A stretch of 64,000 nt of DNA from Nannocystis bainbridge (GCF_028368995.1 NZ_JAQNDL010000001.1:832001-896000), one strand, 5' to 3'; shown: positions 47,099-57,639, numbered from the stretch's first letter. Numbers and translations: made by a program. The notes: generated from the sequence alone by a model not told the origin.

Positions 47099-49663
47099 CT
47101 AGCCTGCCTCGGGGCAGAACGCCTCGGTCACGAGCGCGCCGTTGTTGTCTTCCCTGCACTCCTGGACCAGGCCGTTGTTGATGCCCGGATCGATCTCGAC
47201 GAAGAAGTTCTTCTTGTTGTTCTTCGTCGGGCCGGGGACGGTCCAGGTCAGCTGCGTCGAAGCGCCGGGCAGCAGCGACGCCGCGGTCGGCTTGGTGCCG
47301 AGCTTCACGCCCGTGTTGTCGACGCCCTCGTAGAACGAGACATCGATGCCGGACGTGATGCCGAGCGCGCCCTCGTTGTAGATGGTCGCCACCAGCACGA
47401 GCTCGTCGGAGCACTTGTTGAGGTCGGCCGCCAGCGAGATGGTCAGGTCGACCGCGTTGAACACACCCTCGCCCTGCACGTTCTGGCGGAAGTTGTTCAG
47501 GCCCGGCGACGCCCAGTTGGCCTCCTCGGTCATCGGCGGGTTGCCGGCCGAGTCGGCGTCGGTCACGTGGTAGGTGTGCTGCGTCCAGACCCGGCGGGTC
47601 GGGACCCAGTTGTCACCGCCGGCGCCGTACACGAACACGCCCTTGCGCGCGGTGAAGCCCGGCGTCTTGGCCTGGCAGTCGGTGACGTTCTTGGCCTCGG
47701 CGAAGTTGGCGACCACCACGAACTCGGAGTTGCCGTCGCCGTCGATGTCGGCCACGAGCGGGTACTCGTGGATCGTCGCGCTCGAGTTCATGATCTGCAG
47801 CTGCACCGCCCCGGTCGCGCCGTCGTACACGCGGGCGAAGCACTCGTCCTGGTACGCGACCTCGGCCTTGCCGTCGCCCTGGAAGTCGAACACCGACGAG
47901 CCCGTGGCGGCCGACGAGTTGTCCTGGATCGCAGCGGTCCAGCGGGCGTACATCGCCCCGGCCACCGGCGCCGGGTCGGCGGGCAGCTTGACCACCGTCT
48001 CGCCCGAGCGGTTGAAGTCGTAGACCGCGTAGGCCACGCCGCCGGCGACGCCGGCCTCGGGGCGACCGTCGCCGTCGAAGTCGGCGATGGTCGCCGGGCC
48101 GCCGAGGTTCGCGCCCTTGATCTGGATCGGCTGGGTCCGCAGAGCCGGGTTCTGCTGGCACATCGCGTCGGTCGGATCGACGCCGCACCACAGCGTACCG
48201 GTCTGGCCGTTGATGACGCGGATCGCCGGCCAGGCGACCAGCACCACCTCGGGCTTGCCGTCGCCGTCGAGGTCGGCGACCGACGGCCAGCCGTCGTTGT
48301 TGTGGCTGGGGCCCGGGTTGGTCTTGTTGGACCAGAACAGGGTCATCGTCACCGACGGCGGGTTACCGGGCACCCACTCGATCTTCCACGCGTCGCGGCC
48401 GGTGATGAGCTCGGCCTTGTTGTCGCCGTCGAGGTCGGCGAAGGTCGCCACGCCGCCGGGGTAGATCGGCGTGTTGCCGTTCATCGGCGTGCCGTACATC
48501 GCCCCCCACGGCTGGTTGTTCGGGCCCCACGGCTGGTTCCACACCATCAGGCCGTCGTCGTCGAAGATGGTGCCGCCGAACGCGATCTCGGCCTCGGGGT
48601 CGTTGTCGAGGTTGACCACCGCCGCGGCGGCGTTCTCGATGCGGACCTTGGCCACCGCGTTGTTCGAGGTGCGGGCCGTCCACAGCAGCGCGCCCATGCC
48701 GTCGACCGCGTGGACCGGGGAGATGTGGTTGTTCCCCTCCTCGCGGCCGGCGTAGATGATGTCGGGCAGGCCGTCGCCGCTCACGTCGGCGACCGCGACC
48801 GAGGCGCGGCCGTGCGAGCCGAACTTCATCATCGCCGGGTTGTGGCTGATGCGCCACTTCTCCTGCCCGGTCGCGCCGTCGATCAGCACGATCTCGCCGA
48901 GCGGGTAGCTGCCGGGCATGTTGTCGATGCGGGTCGTGTTGACGACCACGTCGGGCACGCCGTCGCCGTCGACGTCGGCGATCACGGGCAGCGTGATGAC
49001 CTCGTTGGCGGTCCACGCCCACTCGAGCTGGACATCGATGTCGTCGAACGTCGGCACGACCTCGCAGTCGAGCGGGTCGGGCTGCGGCAGGCACTGACCG
49101 AACAGCGGCTCGCAGTAGAAGCCCGGGTCGCAGTCGTACGAGTCGGCGCATTCTCCCGCCGGCTGCTCGCACACGTCACCGAGGCACACCGCGCCCTCGT
49201 CGCAGCAGATCGACTTGTCCTCGCCGCAGCGGATGCCGCTCAGGCACTCGGGCAGGCAGGCTCCGTCGACGCACTCTTCAGCGGCAGCGCAGCACTGGGC
49301 CGGCTCGCCGCAGAGGATCGTCATGCACATGTCGAGGGTCTCGCCCACCGGCCCCGTCGAGGTCGACGTCGTGCCATCGGTGGTCGTGTCGACCGTCGTG
49401 CTCGTGGTCGACGTCGGCTCGACCGTGGTCGAAGTCGTCGTCGTGCCGGACGCCGTCATGCCCGAGTCGGTGACCTCGGTCGTCGGGGTCGTGTCCGTGC
49501 TCGGGGCGGTCGTCGAAGTCGTCGGGCTGGTGCTGGTGTCACCGGTCGACGTGTCGGTGTCCGTGCCCGTTGCGACGTTGGTGGCGTCGCCGCACGCGGC
49601 CAGCGCGGGGCTGAGCAGCGCAAGGCCGGAGAGTGCCCAATAACGCGCTAAGTACGTGTTCAT
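47099..49663 (-). CDS. FG-GAP/VCBS repeat lipoprotein with Cys-rich region and C-terminal CARDB-like domain
   Basis: LAAC lipobox; repeated ADxDGDG motifs; SSVFDFQGDG; NNFRQN; VQECREDNN. Confidence 0.88.
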   Translation of the reverse strand: MNTYLARYWALSGLALLSPALAACGDATNVATGTDTDTSTGDTSTSPTTSTTAPSTDTTPTTEVTDSGMTASGTTTTSTTVEPTSTTSTTVDTTTDGTTSTSTGPVGETLDMCMTILCGEPAQCCAAAEECVDGACLPECLSGIRCGEDKSICCDEGAVCLGDVCEQPAGECADSYDCDPGFYCEPLFGQCLPQPDPLDCEVVPTFDDIDVQLEWAWTANEVITLPVIADVDGDGVPDVVVNTTRIDNMPGSYPLGEIVLIDGATGQEKWRISHNPAMMKFGSHGRASVAVADVSGDGLPDIIYAGREEGNNHISPVHAVDGMGALLWTARTSNNAVAKVRIENAAAAVVNLDNDPEAEIAFGGTIFDDDGLMVWNQPWGPNNQPWGAMYGTPMNGNTPIYPGGVATFADLDGDNKAELITGRDAWKIEWVPGNPPSVTMTLFWSNKTNPGPSHNNDGWPSVADLDGDGKPEVVLVAWPAIRVINGQTGTLWCGVDPTDAMCQQNPALRTQPIQIKGANLGGPATIADFDGDGRPEAGVAGGVAYAVYDFNRSGETVVKLPADPAPVAGAMYARWTAAIQDNSSAATGSSVFDFQGDGKAEVAYQDECFARVYDGATGAVQLQIMNSSATIHEYPLVADIDGDGNSEFVVVANFAEAKNVTDCQAKTPGFTARKGVFVYGAGGDNWVPTRRVWTQHTYHVTDADSAGNPPMTEEANWASPGLNNFRQNVQGEGVFNAVDLTISLAADLNKCSDELVLVATIYNEGALGITSGIDVSFYEGVDNTGVKLGTKPTAASLLPGASTQLTWTVPGPTKNNKKNFFVEIDPGINNGLVQECREDNNGALVTEAFCPEAG

Positions 49664-49981
49664 GTGGATATTTAGCCATACTGAGCGGCCCCGGACCACG
49701 CAACAAATCAGCATTTTTTCGCGGCCGCGGGACCACGTCGCTGGGCCGGACGGATGGCCGAGCGCGACATTTGGATCATGCCCTCCGCGCGTACGAGCCC
49801 TCGCGCGGCTTTCGCCGCAGCGTGACTTTTATTCACCTCGAGGGCCGCGGCGTGACACCACCGGCAGCCGCGACGGCGATCGTGCAGACGTCGCATTCGC
49901 CCGAGATCTGCCCGTAAACGCCTCCAGACGCAGATCTGCAGCCGCGTCGCTGACCACGACGAAAGGTTCGATCGCCATGAT

Positions 49982-50608
49982 CTATGCGCCGGGCACCAGC
50001 GGCGGAGGGCTCGCCACCGCCTCGCCGCGCGTCGCGACAGCGACCTCTTCGGGCACGTAATTGCCGCCCGACAGCAGGAACTTGAACACCTCGTCGACCG
50101 CCAGCGAGGTCGGCCGGCACCGCGACAGCGGCACGAACAGGACCCGGCCGACCATCGGGTTCGGCGTGGTCGGCACGAACACACAGACCGCGTCGGTGCC
50201 GGCGCCGATGGGCTCGCCGCTGGTGAACGCGAGGTGCCACGCGTCGCCGTCGAGGCGGACCAGCACGACCTTGGAGTAGATGCCGCTGCTCCCGCCGGGC
50301 GTCAGCGAGATCTGCTTCCACGCCTTGTAAAGCTCGGCCAGCACCGGCACGCGCAGCAGCAGGCGATCGATCGCCGCCAACAGGTAGCGGCCGATCAGGC
50401 TGCGCACCAGCAGGCCGAGCGCGAAGATCCCGACCAGGGCCAGAGCCACGCCCGCGAACGGCACGTCGAGCCCGACCCATTCTTTGAGCGGGTCGCGCGT
50501 GAGGTGGTCGACGTACCACAGCACGAACACCGTGACGACGAGCGGGATCGCGGCGAAGACCCCGGCGAGGAAGGTATTACGGGCGAAGTTCTTGGCGTCC
50601 GCGATCAT
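49982..50608 (-). CDS. DUF502 family membrane protein
   Basis: FLAG...PLVVT, RVPV...LYK, VFVPTTPNPMVG. Confidence 0.88.
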   Translation of the reverse strand: MIADAKNFARNTFLAGVFAAIPLVVTVFVLWYVDHLTRDPLKEWVGLDVPFAGVALALVGIFALGLLVRSLIGRYLLAAIDRLLLRVPVLAELYKAWKQISLTPGGSSGIYSKVVLVRLDGDAWHLAFTSGEPIGAGTDAVCVFVPTTPNPMVGRVLFVPLSRCRPTSLAVDEVFKFLLSGGNYVPEEVAVATRGEAVASPPPLVPGA

Positions 50609-50614
50609 CTCGAT

Positions 50615-52171
50615 TCATCCGGCGTAGGCCTCGTCCTGCTCGATCTTGCTGAGCACCCAGTCGAACTCGCCGCGCGTCAGGTGAGCGCCGCAGTACTCGC
50701 ACGCGCCGGCCATGGAGACGCGGTCGAGCGGCGCCCCGCAGTTGGGGCAGTTCGCGTCCGCGGCCGGCTTGCCGCGGACCTTCGCCCCGCGGATCAGCGT
50801 CCAGTACTCGCTGTACGTGCGCGGGTACTTGGCGCTGCCCGACACGTGATCCCCGTTCATGCGCGCCGTGTAGTCGAGGCCGCGGGCCCACACGCGCACC
50901 GTCAGCGCGTCGTACCAGCGGTCGCGCTCGAGCTTGACGATCACCAGCCGCAGCACCTGCGTGCCCGCGAGCACGTTGCGCAGGCCCTGGGCCCGGTAGG
51001 CGTCGATCCAGTACTGCAGGTAGTTGAACAGCGAGTCGGACACGAACGGCCGCACGCGGCGGAGGTCGAGCGCGGTCCAGCCGGCGTTGAGCTCGGCGTG
51101 GATCGTGCGCACGCGCTGGTCGATGCGCTCGGGCGAGGTCGACGGGTCCTCGGCGATCAGGGCCGCGTGGGCCTGCTGGATGCCGGGCATGAACAGCGTG
51201 CGGTCATCGGTGCCGACCTCCTCCGCGTGGTGCGTCAGCGGCGGCGGGCGCGACTCGAGCCTGAGCACGCGCACGTGATGGACCGACCAGTCGAACCGCC
51301 CGCCCTCGACCTGCTGGCCGCAGAAGCGGCACGCGCCGCTGTCGCTGCGCTCGAACGGCGCCCCGCAGTTGGGGCAGCCGAGCGCCGTCACCGTCTCCGG
51401 CGTGCGGCTCCTGGCGTCGGCGCGCCGCTGCAGCCGCCACGCCTCGCGCACGTAGAACCCGCGCTCGCCGTCGGGCAGCGCGGCGCTGTAGTTGGCCTCG
51501 AACGCGACCTCGACCTCGATCATCCCGTCGGGCGTCGCCGGCAGCTGGACCTTCTCGACCTGCATCGAGCCGATCACGACCCCGCGGATCGGCGCCCCGG
51601 TCGGCTCGCGCTTCATCAGCGTCCTGCGGGTCTCGGGCCCGACGTAGGGCGCCAGCGCCTCCATCGCCCGCGCGTCGCCGCGGGCCCCCTGGGCGCGGGC
51701 GTACAGCGCGTAGACGAAGTCGGCGAACAGCACCGGCGAGAAGTCCGGATCGAGGCGACGGATCGCCGCCAGGTCGCCGCGGCGACCCGCGTGGGTCGCC
51801 GTCGTCGGCGCGCTGTCCCACGTCTCCTCGGCCTGACGCTTCCGATCGCTGCGGTAGTGGAAGTAGACGACCACGCCGACGATGACCAGCAGCGGCACCC
51901 CGAGCTGCGGCACCTCGAACACCAGCCGCACCAGCAAGTAGAGGATCACCCCGCCGTCGCCGCCGCCGCTGCTGCCCCCGCTGAAGCCGCCGCCGCCGCT
52001 GCTGCCCCCGCCGGAGTAGCCGTGGCCGCCGCCCGGGCGCGCCGCCGCCTCGGCCGCCAGCGCCAACAGCACCGCCGCCGCCGCGATCGCCAGGCCCCTG
52101 GACCATGTCCGCCAGGACATGCCCTTCGCGCCATGCCCCCGAGAGCATGTCCCTTGCGACATGTCCTTCAT
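50615..52171 (-). CDS. TIM44-like domain membrane protein with two zinc ribbons
   Basis: ARPGGGHGYSGG, TM hairpin, DPDFS, two Tim44-like halves each followed by CPNCGAP...CxxC; start may be 52120. Confidence 0.82.
   Translation of the reverse strand: MKDMSQGTCSRGHGAKGMSWRTWSRGLAIAAAAVLLALAAEAAARPGGGHGYSGGGSSGGGGFSGGSSGGGDGGVILYLLVRLVFEVPQLGVPLLVIVGVVVYFHYRSDRKRQAEETWDSAPTTATHAGRRGDLAAIRRLDPDFSPVLFADFVYALYARAQGARGDARAMEALAPYVGPETRRTLMKREPTGAPIRGVVIGSMQVEKVQLPATPDGMIEVEVAFEANYSAALPDGERGFYVREAWRLQRRADARSRTPETVTALGCPNCGAPFERSDSGACRFCGQQVEGGRFDWSVHHVRVLRLESRPPPLTHHAEEVGTDDRTLFMPGIQQAHAALIAEDPSTSPERIDQRVRTIHAELNAGWTALDLRRVRPFVSDSLFNYLQYWIDAYRAQGLRNVLAGTQVLRLVIVKLERDRWYDALTVRVWARGLDYTARMNGDHVSGSAKYPRTYSEYWTLIRGAKVRGKPAADANCPNCGAPLDRVSMAGACEYCGAHLTRGEFDWVLSKIEQDEAYAG
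52101..52166. repeat. 14-bp-period CATG array (5 units) at TPM/TIM44 junction
   Basis: CATG at 52104, 52118, 52132, 52146, 52160. Confidence 0.92.
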
Positions 52172-52788
52172 GCCAGCACCTCGTCGGGCAGCTCGTTGAC
52201 GTCGTCCTCGCCGCGCGGCAGCGCGTCGGCGCACAGCGCCCCCAGGGCTTGCAGGTGCGGCGCCAGCTCGCTCGCGCGCGCCCCCGCGGCCACGGCGGCC
52301 TGCAGCCCGGCGACCGCCTGGTCCCACGGCGCGCGCGGGACCTCGCGGCGGACCCCGCGGTCGGCCAGGACCACCGCCGCCCGCTCGGTCAGCGACACGT
52401 ACACGAACACCCCCGTGCGACCGCGGGTCTCCATCACCCCGTGGTCGAGGAACCCGGCCTTGGCCGCGCGCAGCACCGCCTCGTCCCGCCACGCGCGCGG
52501 CGTCAGCAGCCGGGCCAGCGCGTGCGCGTGGCGGACCAGCCACGCCGCCACCAGCCCGGCCAGCAGCGGATCGATCAAGAACCAGTGCAGCCCGAACGCC
52601 GGCTCGCCGTACAGCAGGAACGCCAGCGTCACCGTCGCCGCCAGCCCGCCGACCAGCGCCGGCACGTGGGCGTAGCGCTCGGACGTCGGCCGCACCGCGA
52701 TCACCAGCTCCGCCGAGGTCCCCGCCTCGAACGCCTCGATCGCCCGGCGCAGCGCGCCCTTCCCGTCGTCGGCGAAGAACCCTGCCAT
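52168..52788 (-). CDS. TPM domain-containing membrane protein
   Basis: AIEAFEAGTSAEL, TRGRTGVFVYVS, LADRG, NELPD. Confidence 0.88.
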   Translation of the reverse strand: MAGFFADDGKGALRRAIEAFEAGTSAELVIAVRPTSERYAHVPALVGGLAATVTLAFLLYGEPAFGLHWFLIDPLLAGLVAAWLVRHAHALARLLTPRAWRDEAVLRAAKAGFLDHGVMETRGRTGVFVYVSLTERAAVVLADRGVRREVPRAPWDQAVAGLQAAVAAGARASELAPHLQALGALCADALPRGEDDVNELPDEVLA

Positions 52789-52790
52789 CG

Positions 52791-53963
52791 TCAGCCTCCT
52801 CCGTCGCGCAGCTCGAACACGTAGTCGGTGCCGCCGCCGCGGACCCGCAGACGACCTGCCTCGAGGAACAGGTAGTCCGGCCCGCGCCGCAGCGGCGTCG
52901 TGCTCACCGTCTTGCCGGTCGTCGCGTCGAGCACGTAGAGCTGCCCGGGCCCGCCCGCGGTCCCGTGGCCGCTGTAGACGTGGCCGCGGTGGACCACGAA
53001 GTCGGCCGCGTTGGCCACCCGCGGCGCGCTGCGCCACAGCAGCTCGCCGCTGTCCACGTCGAGCGCGGTGATGAAGCCGTCATCGCCCCGCGCCTCCGCG
53101 GCATGGGCGTGGCCGACCAGCAGCACCGGGCCGGCGATCGCGGCCCAGGTCGCGCGCTGAGCCGCGCTCGTCCGCTCGCCCGCGGCCGTCCCTGGCGGGA
53201 GCGCGTAGGCCTCGAAGTCGAACAGCGCCACGATCTCCGCGGTGTCCTCGCGCTGGACCGCGACCAGCCGCCCGCCCGCGTAATCGGCCCCGTAGAACAA
53301 AATGTTGAAGCCGTCCTGGTGGATCGCCTGGACCAGCAGGAACTTGCCGAACGTCGGCGGGATCGTCGGCGGCAGCGCGCCCGGGTCGCCGCGCATCGGA
53401 TTTGGCACCGCGTACTCCGGCAGCGCCAGGCCGTTGCGCGTCAACCACTCGGCGTCGCCGCTCGCGTCGGTCCGCTCCGACACCAGCGTCAGCGTCGGCG
53501 GCGGACCGGCCTCGATCGGCGCCGGTCTCTTCGTCACCTGGGCCCACGGCGGCGCCGGCAGCACGGTCGCCGTGCTGCCCGCGAACCACTCGCTGACCCG
53601 CGCCTGCGTAACCAGCAACGCCTCCGTCGCCGCGTCGAACAGCGCCTGCGTCGCCAGGTTGTCGGGCGCCGCGTCGAGCACCTCGGCGAACGCCTGGCGC
53701 GCCAGGTCGTGGCGACCGCCGTCCATCGCCGCCACCCCCTCGGCCCGCCGCCGCGCCAGCGCGGGCGGCAGCGCCTCGCCGCCGATCGTCACGACCTGTC
53801 CCAAAGGACCGGTACTCGCCTTCGCCGCGCCGGGGCCCGCCGGAGGGGCCGAAGTCGCGGCCTCGCCGGGCGAGCGCGACGGATCGCCGCGGCGACACGC
53901 CGCGAGGACGATCACGAGCGCGAGGGCGCTCCCGCGGCGGGCCTTTCGTCGCACCGGCCGCAC
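52791..53963 (-). CDS. Lipoprotein with helical repeat and PQQ-like beta-propeller segments
   Basis: LAAC; ALDVDSGELLW, YVLDATTGK. Confidence 0.72.
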   Translation of the reverse strand: MRPVRRKARRGSALALVIVLAACRRGDPSRSPGEAATSAPPAGPGAAKASTGPLGQVVTIGGEALPPALARRRAEGVAAMDGGRHDLARQAFAEVLDAAPDNLATQALFDAATEALLVTQARVSEWFAGSTATVLPAPPWAQVTKRPAPIEAGPPPTLTLVSERTDASGDAEWLTRNGLALPEYAVPNPMRGDPGALPPTIPPTFGKFLLVQAIHQDGFNILFYGADYAGGRLVAVQREDTAEIVALFDFEAYALPPGTAAGERTSAAQRATWAAIAGPVLLVGHAHAAEARGDDGFITALDVDSGELLWRSAPRVANAADFVVHRGHVYSGHGTAGGPGQLYVLDATTGKTVSTTPLRRGPDYLFLEAGRLRVRGGGTDYVFELRDGGG

Positions 53964-54016
53964 TGTAGCGCAACCTCCCGCGTGACAGCCTCGCCGCGAC
54001 CCCCTATCGTCCCCGC

Positions 54017-54589
54017 GTGACCTCTCGTCGGCTCTTTTTCGCGTGCGCGCTGGCGGCCGGGTGCGGCGACGCCGGCGGCCCCGGCAGTGACGGCGGCTCC
54101 GCCAGCACCGGCTCGGTCGTCGAGATCGACGGTACCATGGTCGACCTCGTGAAGCCGCAGCTGTGGCTGCAGCTCGGGGCCGACGCCGACCCGCTGCCGG
54201 ACCACCGACCGGCCAGCGTCGAGTGCCCGCTCGGCGCCGGCTGGCTGGTCGAGGTCACCGGCTTCGAGGTCAACACCGGCGGCTGCAACTACGGCGCGTT
54301 CACCCAGCCGACGCTCCGCGAGATCGTGCCCGGAGCGCAGATCTCGCTGAACCTCTACCACTTCGACCTCGTCGCCGCCGAGCCCGCGACCGCGCACGCC
54401 GTGATCATGATCGGCGACCACGTGGTGCTCGAGCGCGAGGTCGAGATCCCCGGCAAGGCCATGGTCTACGACATCGACCTCGTCGCCGACTTCGCGCTCG
54501 CGGCCGGCGAGCCGGTGGTGTTCCACCTGCACAACCACGGCCAGAACACGTGGACCCTCGCCAGCATCCAGGTCGAGGTCGAAGACTGA
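54017..54589 (+). CDS. Hypothetical lipoprotein
   Basis: AAGC lipobox; DPLPDHRP, HFDL, FHLHNHG motifs. Confidence 0.75.
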   Translation: MTSRRLFFACALAAGCGDAGGPGSDGGSASTGSVVEIDGTMVDLVKPQLWLQLGADADPLPDHRPASVECPLGAGWLVEVTGFEVNTGGCNYGAFTQPTLREIVPGAQISLNLYHFDLVAAEPATAHAVIMIGDHVVLEREVEIPGKAMVYDIDLVADFALAAGEPVVFHLHNHGQNTWTLASIQVEVED

Positions 54590-54682
54590 CGCGCAGCCGT
54601 GACCTTTCGTTCCGTGACAATTCGTCGCCGCTGAAGTAACCCTCGATCTCGCGGGCCCAGGCCCGGAGAGGGTCGACGGACG

Positions 54683-56152
54683 ATGTTCATCCAGAAGATG
54701 TGCGGACCTGCGGCGGTCGTGCTGGCGTGCGTGACGACGATCGGCTGCAGCGACCCGGGCCCCGGCCTCGAGAGCGCCAGCGAGACCGCCGACGCCGGCA
54801 CCGAAGCCACCACCGCGAGCACGACCGGCACCACCGCGCCGACCACCACCGACGCGCCCGAGGCCGAGCCCGTCACCTGGCATCAAAACATCGCCCCGAT
54901 CTTCGTGCAGAAATGCAGCGGCTGCCACAGCGACGGCGGCATCGCCCCGTTCTCGCTGACCAGCTACGAGGCCGCCAAGCCGTTCGCTACCCCTGCCCTC
55001 GACGCGGTCGAGCGCGGCACCATGCCCCCGTTCCTGGCCGATGAGACAGCCGACTGTCGGCCGCGCCACGGCTGGCAGGACGACCCGCGGCTCAGCGACG
55101 ACGAGCTCGAGCTGCTGCGCGCGTGGGTCGACCAGGGCGCGCCGGAGGGCGACCCGGCCACCGCTGCGCCGCTGCCCGAGCCGCCCGAGGTCGCGCTGAA
55201 CGACGCCGACGTGCGCGTCGCCATCCCGACCCCCGTGTCGGTCGACGGCGACAAGGACCTGTTCCTCTGCTTCAGCCTCGACCCCGGCTTCGAGGACGAC
55301 ACCTGGATCGACGCCGTCCAGATCAGCGCCGGCAACCCGCAGGTCGTCCACCACGTGCTGGCCTACGTCGACGAGAGCGGCGCCTCGGCCGACAAGGTCA
55401 ACGAGGACGGCTACTACCCGTGTTTCGGCGGCCCCGGCATCAACACCGCCAACCTGATCGCCGCCTGGGCTCCCGGCATGACCCCGTTCGAGATGCCGCC
55501 CAAGGTCGCCTCGCGGGTCGCCGCCGGCTCGCGGATCGTCATGCAGGTCCACTACCACCCGACCGGCAAGCCCGAGCTCGACAGCGACACCTCGCTCGAC
55601 CTGCGGATCCACGACACCGTGCCCGAGTTCGTCGGCATGCTGGCGCTGATCGGCAACAGCGAGGGCCCGCAGCTGCTGCCGAGCGAGCACGACGACAAGG
55701 GCTACCCGGAGTTCCGGATCCCCGCCGGCGTCGAGAACCACGTCGAGCAGATGCTGTTCAAGCTCGACGACGTCCCGCCGCTGCGCGTGTTCGCCGTCGG
55801 CACGCACATGCACTACGTCGGCACCGACATGCTGGTCGGCCTCCAGCGCCCGAGCCCCGACGGTGACGAGCCCGCCGAGGAGTGCCTGCTGCAGACCCCG
55901 CGCTGGGACTTCAACTGGCAGCGCACCTACAGCTACGACGCCGCGCTCGACGCCGTCCCGCAGGTCACCGCCGGCGACCAGCTGTACCTGCGCTGCACCT
56001 ACAACAACAGCATGTCGAACCCGTTCGTGGTCCAGGCGCTGGCCCAGCAGGGTCTGGACGCGCCCAAGGACGTCCGCCTCGGCGAGGAGACCCTCGACGA
56101 GATGTGCCTCGCCGTGGTCGGGATCGCCATCGCCCTCAAGGACGCGATCTGA
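54683..56152 (+). CDS. Copper type II ascorbate-dependent monooxygenase-like lipoprotein with N-terminal c-type haem
   Basis: CSGCH..GGIAPF, MPP; VHH, QVHY, HMH, WDFNWQ, CTYNN, DEMC. Confidence 0.85.
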   Translation: MFIQKMCGPAAVVLACVTTIGCSDPGPGLESASETADAGTEATTASTTGTTAPTTTDAPEAEPVTWHQNIAPIFVQKCSGCHSDGGIAPFSLTSYEAAKPFATPALDAVERGTMPPFLADETADCRPRHGWQDDPRLSDDELELLRAWVDQGAPEGDPATAAPLPEPPEVALNDADVRVAIPTPVSVDGDKDLFLCFSLDPGFEDDTWIDAVQISAGNPQVVHHVLAYVDESGASADKVNEDGYYPCFGGPGINTANLIAAWAPGMTPFEMPPKVASRVAAGSRIVMQVHYHPTGKPELDSDTSLDLRIHDTVPEFVGMLALIGNSEGPQLLPSEHDDKGYPEFRIPAGVENHVEQMLFKLDDVPPLRVFAVGTHMHYVGTDMLVGLQRPSPDGDEPAEECLLQTPRWDFNWQRTYSYDAALDAVPQVTAGDQLYLRCTYNNSMSNPFVVQALAQQGLDAPKDVRLGEETLDEMCLAVVGIAIALKDAI

Positions 56153-56231
56153 AGCCTGTCCCCGAGGACATGCCCCACGAGGCATGCGCTCCCGGACAGG
56201 TCTCCAGGGACATGCCCCTTCGGGCATGTCC
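56152..56231. repeat. 14-bp-period CATG array (6 units)
   Basis: Cores at 56155 (CCTG), 56169, 56183, 56197 (CAGG), 56211, 56225. Confidence 0.92.
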
Positions 56232-56243
56232 CGAAAGCGACTC

Positions 56244-56783
56244 TCAGTAGTCGATCAGGTCCGGATCGATCCGGCGGGACGTGTGGACCACCTCGGGCTG
56301 GACTTTGCCGGCCCTGGGCAGCTCGGGCTCGGGGGCGTCGCCGTCGCGCCACACGCAGCCGAACACCCGTGTGCTCGCGCGCGCGGCCACGGCCGCCGCC
56401 GTGCACTCGCCGTCGAGCGCGGGCGTCAGCTTCGCGTCGGCCCCTGCGGCCAGCCAGGCCGCCATCTGGGCCTTGAGTACCCGCGCGTGGGCCTCGCGGC
56501 TGTCCGCGGGCAGCTTGTCGGCGATGCAGGTCCGGTAGCGATCGGCGTAGGCGTCGCAGGCCGGCACGCCCGTGTTCCCGTCGGCGACCGCGACCGGCGG
56601 CGCGGGTTCGGGCGTCGGCGCGGGCGCCTCGACCCTCGCCGGCAAGGTCGGCGGCACCACTTCGGGGGCGGGCTTCGCTGCGGGCTGCGCCTCGGGCTTC
56701 GCTGTCGGCTGCGGAGCGGGCTCCGGCGCGGTGCAGGCGACGAGCCACAGGCAGAGCAAGGTGCAGGGGCGCGAGCGCGACAT
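56244..56783 (-). CDS. Hypothetical lipoprotein
   Basis: LVAC, Pro-rich linker, TGVPACDAY...C helical domain. Confidence 0.75.
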   Translation of the reverse strand: MSRSRPCTLLCLWLVACTAPEPAPQPTAKPEAQPAAKPAPEVVPPTLPARVEAPAPTPEPAPPVAVADGNTGVPACDAYADRYRTCIADKLPADSREAHARVLKAQMAAWLAAGADAKLTPALDGECTAAAVAARASTRVFGCVWRDGDAPEPELPRAGKVQPEVVHTSRRIDPDLIDY

Positions 56784-56979
56784 CGATCCTCCTCCAGGGC
56801 GAACCGGGCCACGCCCGGCGACGACCTTGAGTTTCTCGCGGATCGCGGGAAGATGCGAACAGAAGCTGCGAAGGGAAGATCGCCGCTCGCTCGCGCGTAG
56901 CCACGATCGCGCCCGCTCCCCCGACCGGCCTCGCGCTCGCTCACGAACCTGTCTCTTCCACCCTGTCCTCGAGGTCAGC

Positions 56980-57618
56980 ATGTCCCGACTCGCGCTCGCC
57001 CTGTCCCTCGTCGTCACCGGCCTCGTCGTCAGCCTCCCGAACGCCGCCGACGCCTGCGGCAACAGCGTGCGGCGGGTCGTCGATCGCACCCAGGAGTACC
57101 TCCAGCGCGCCGAACAGCTGCTCGCCAAGGGTCAGTACAAGAAGGCCGTCGGGGCGGTCCGCGACGTGTTCGGCGACCGGGCCATCGCCGCCCACCGTGC
57201 CGGACCGGGCGCGCACCTCCACGCGCGCGCCCAGCGGATCCTCGCCCTCACCGTCGCGCGCAGCGGCGGCGACGTGCCGATCGGCATGGACCTCGGCGGC
57301 CCCGCGCAGGGCCGCAAGGACGCCGCGATCGCCTGGGCCGTGCTCACTCTGCGGCTGCAGGCCGGCGAGCAGCCGAGCCCCATGCAGACCGCCGAGCTGG
57401 CCGAAGCTCTGGCCCGGCAGGCCAGCGGCCGCGCCGAGGCCTTCGACCTGCTCAAGGGCCTCGGCGACGGCGACCTCATGCCGACCGCCCACGGCTGGGC
57501 CCTGCTCGCCGAGCTCAGCAAGCAGAACGGCGACGTCGAGCGCAGCAAGCAGGCCGTCGCGCGCTGCCTGCAGATGAACGCGCGCGGCGTGCAGTGCGAA
57601 GTCGCCGAGCAGGCCTAG
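56980..57618 (+). CDS. Secreted helical (TPR-like) protein, paralog A
   Basis: Signal peptide ADA-CG; LAEALA...LLK.LGD.DLMPTA..WA.LA. Confidence 0.75.
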   Translation: MSRLALALSLVVTGLVVSLPNAADACGNSVRRVVDRTQEYLQRAEQLLAKGQYKKAVGAVRDVFGDRAIAAHRAGPGAHLHARAQRILALTVARSGGDVPIGMDLGGPAQGRKDAAIAWAVLTLRLQAGEQPSPMQTAELAEALARQASGRAEAFDLLKGLGDGDLMPTAHGWALLAELSKQNGDVERSKQAVARCLQMNARGVQCEVAEQA

Positions 57619-57639
57619 CGCGCCGCACCGGCGTTGCCG

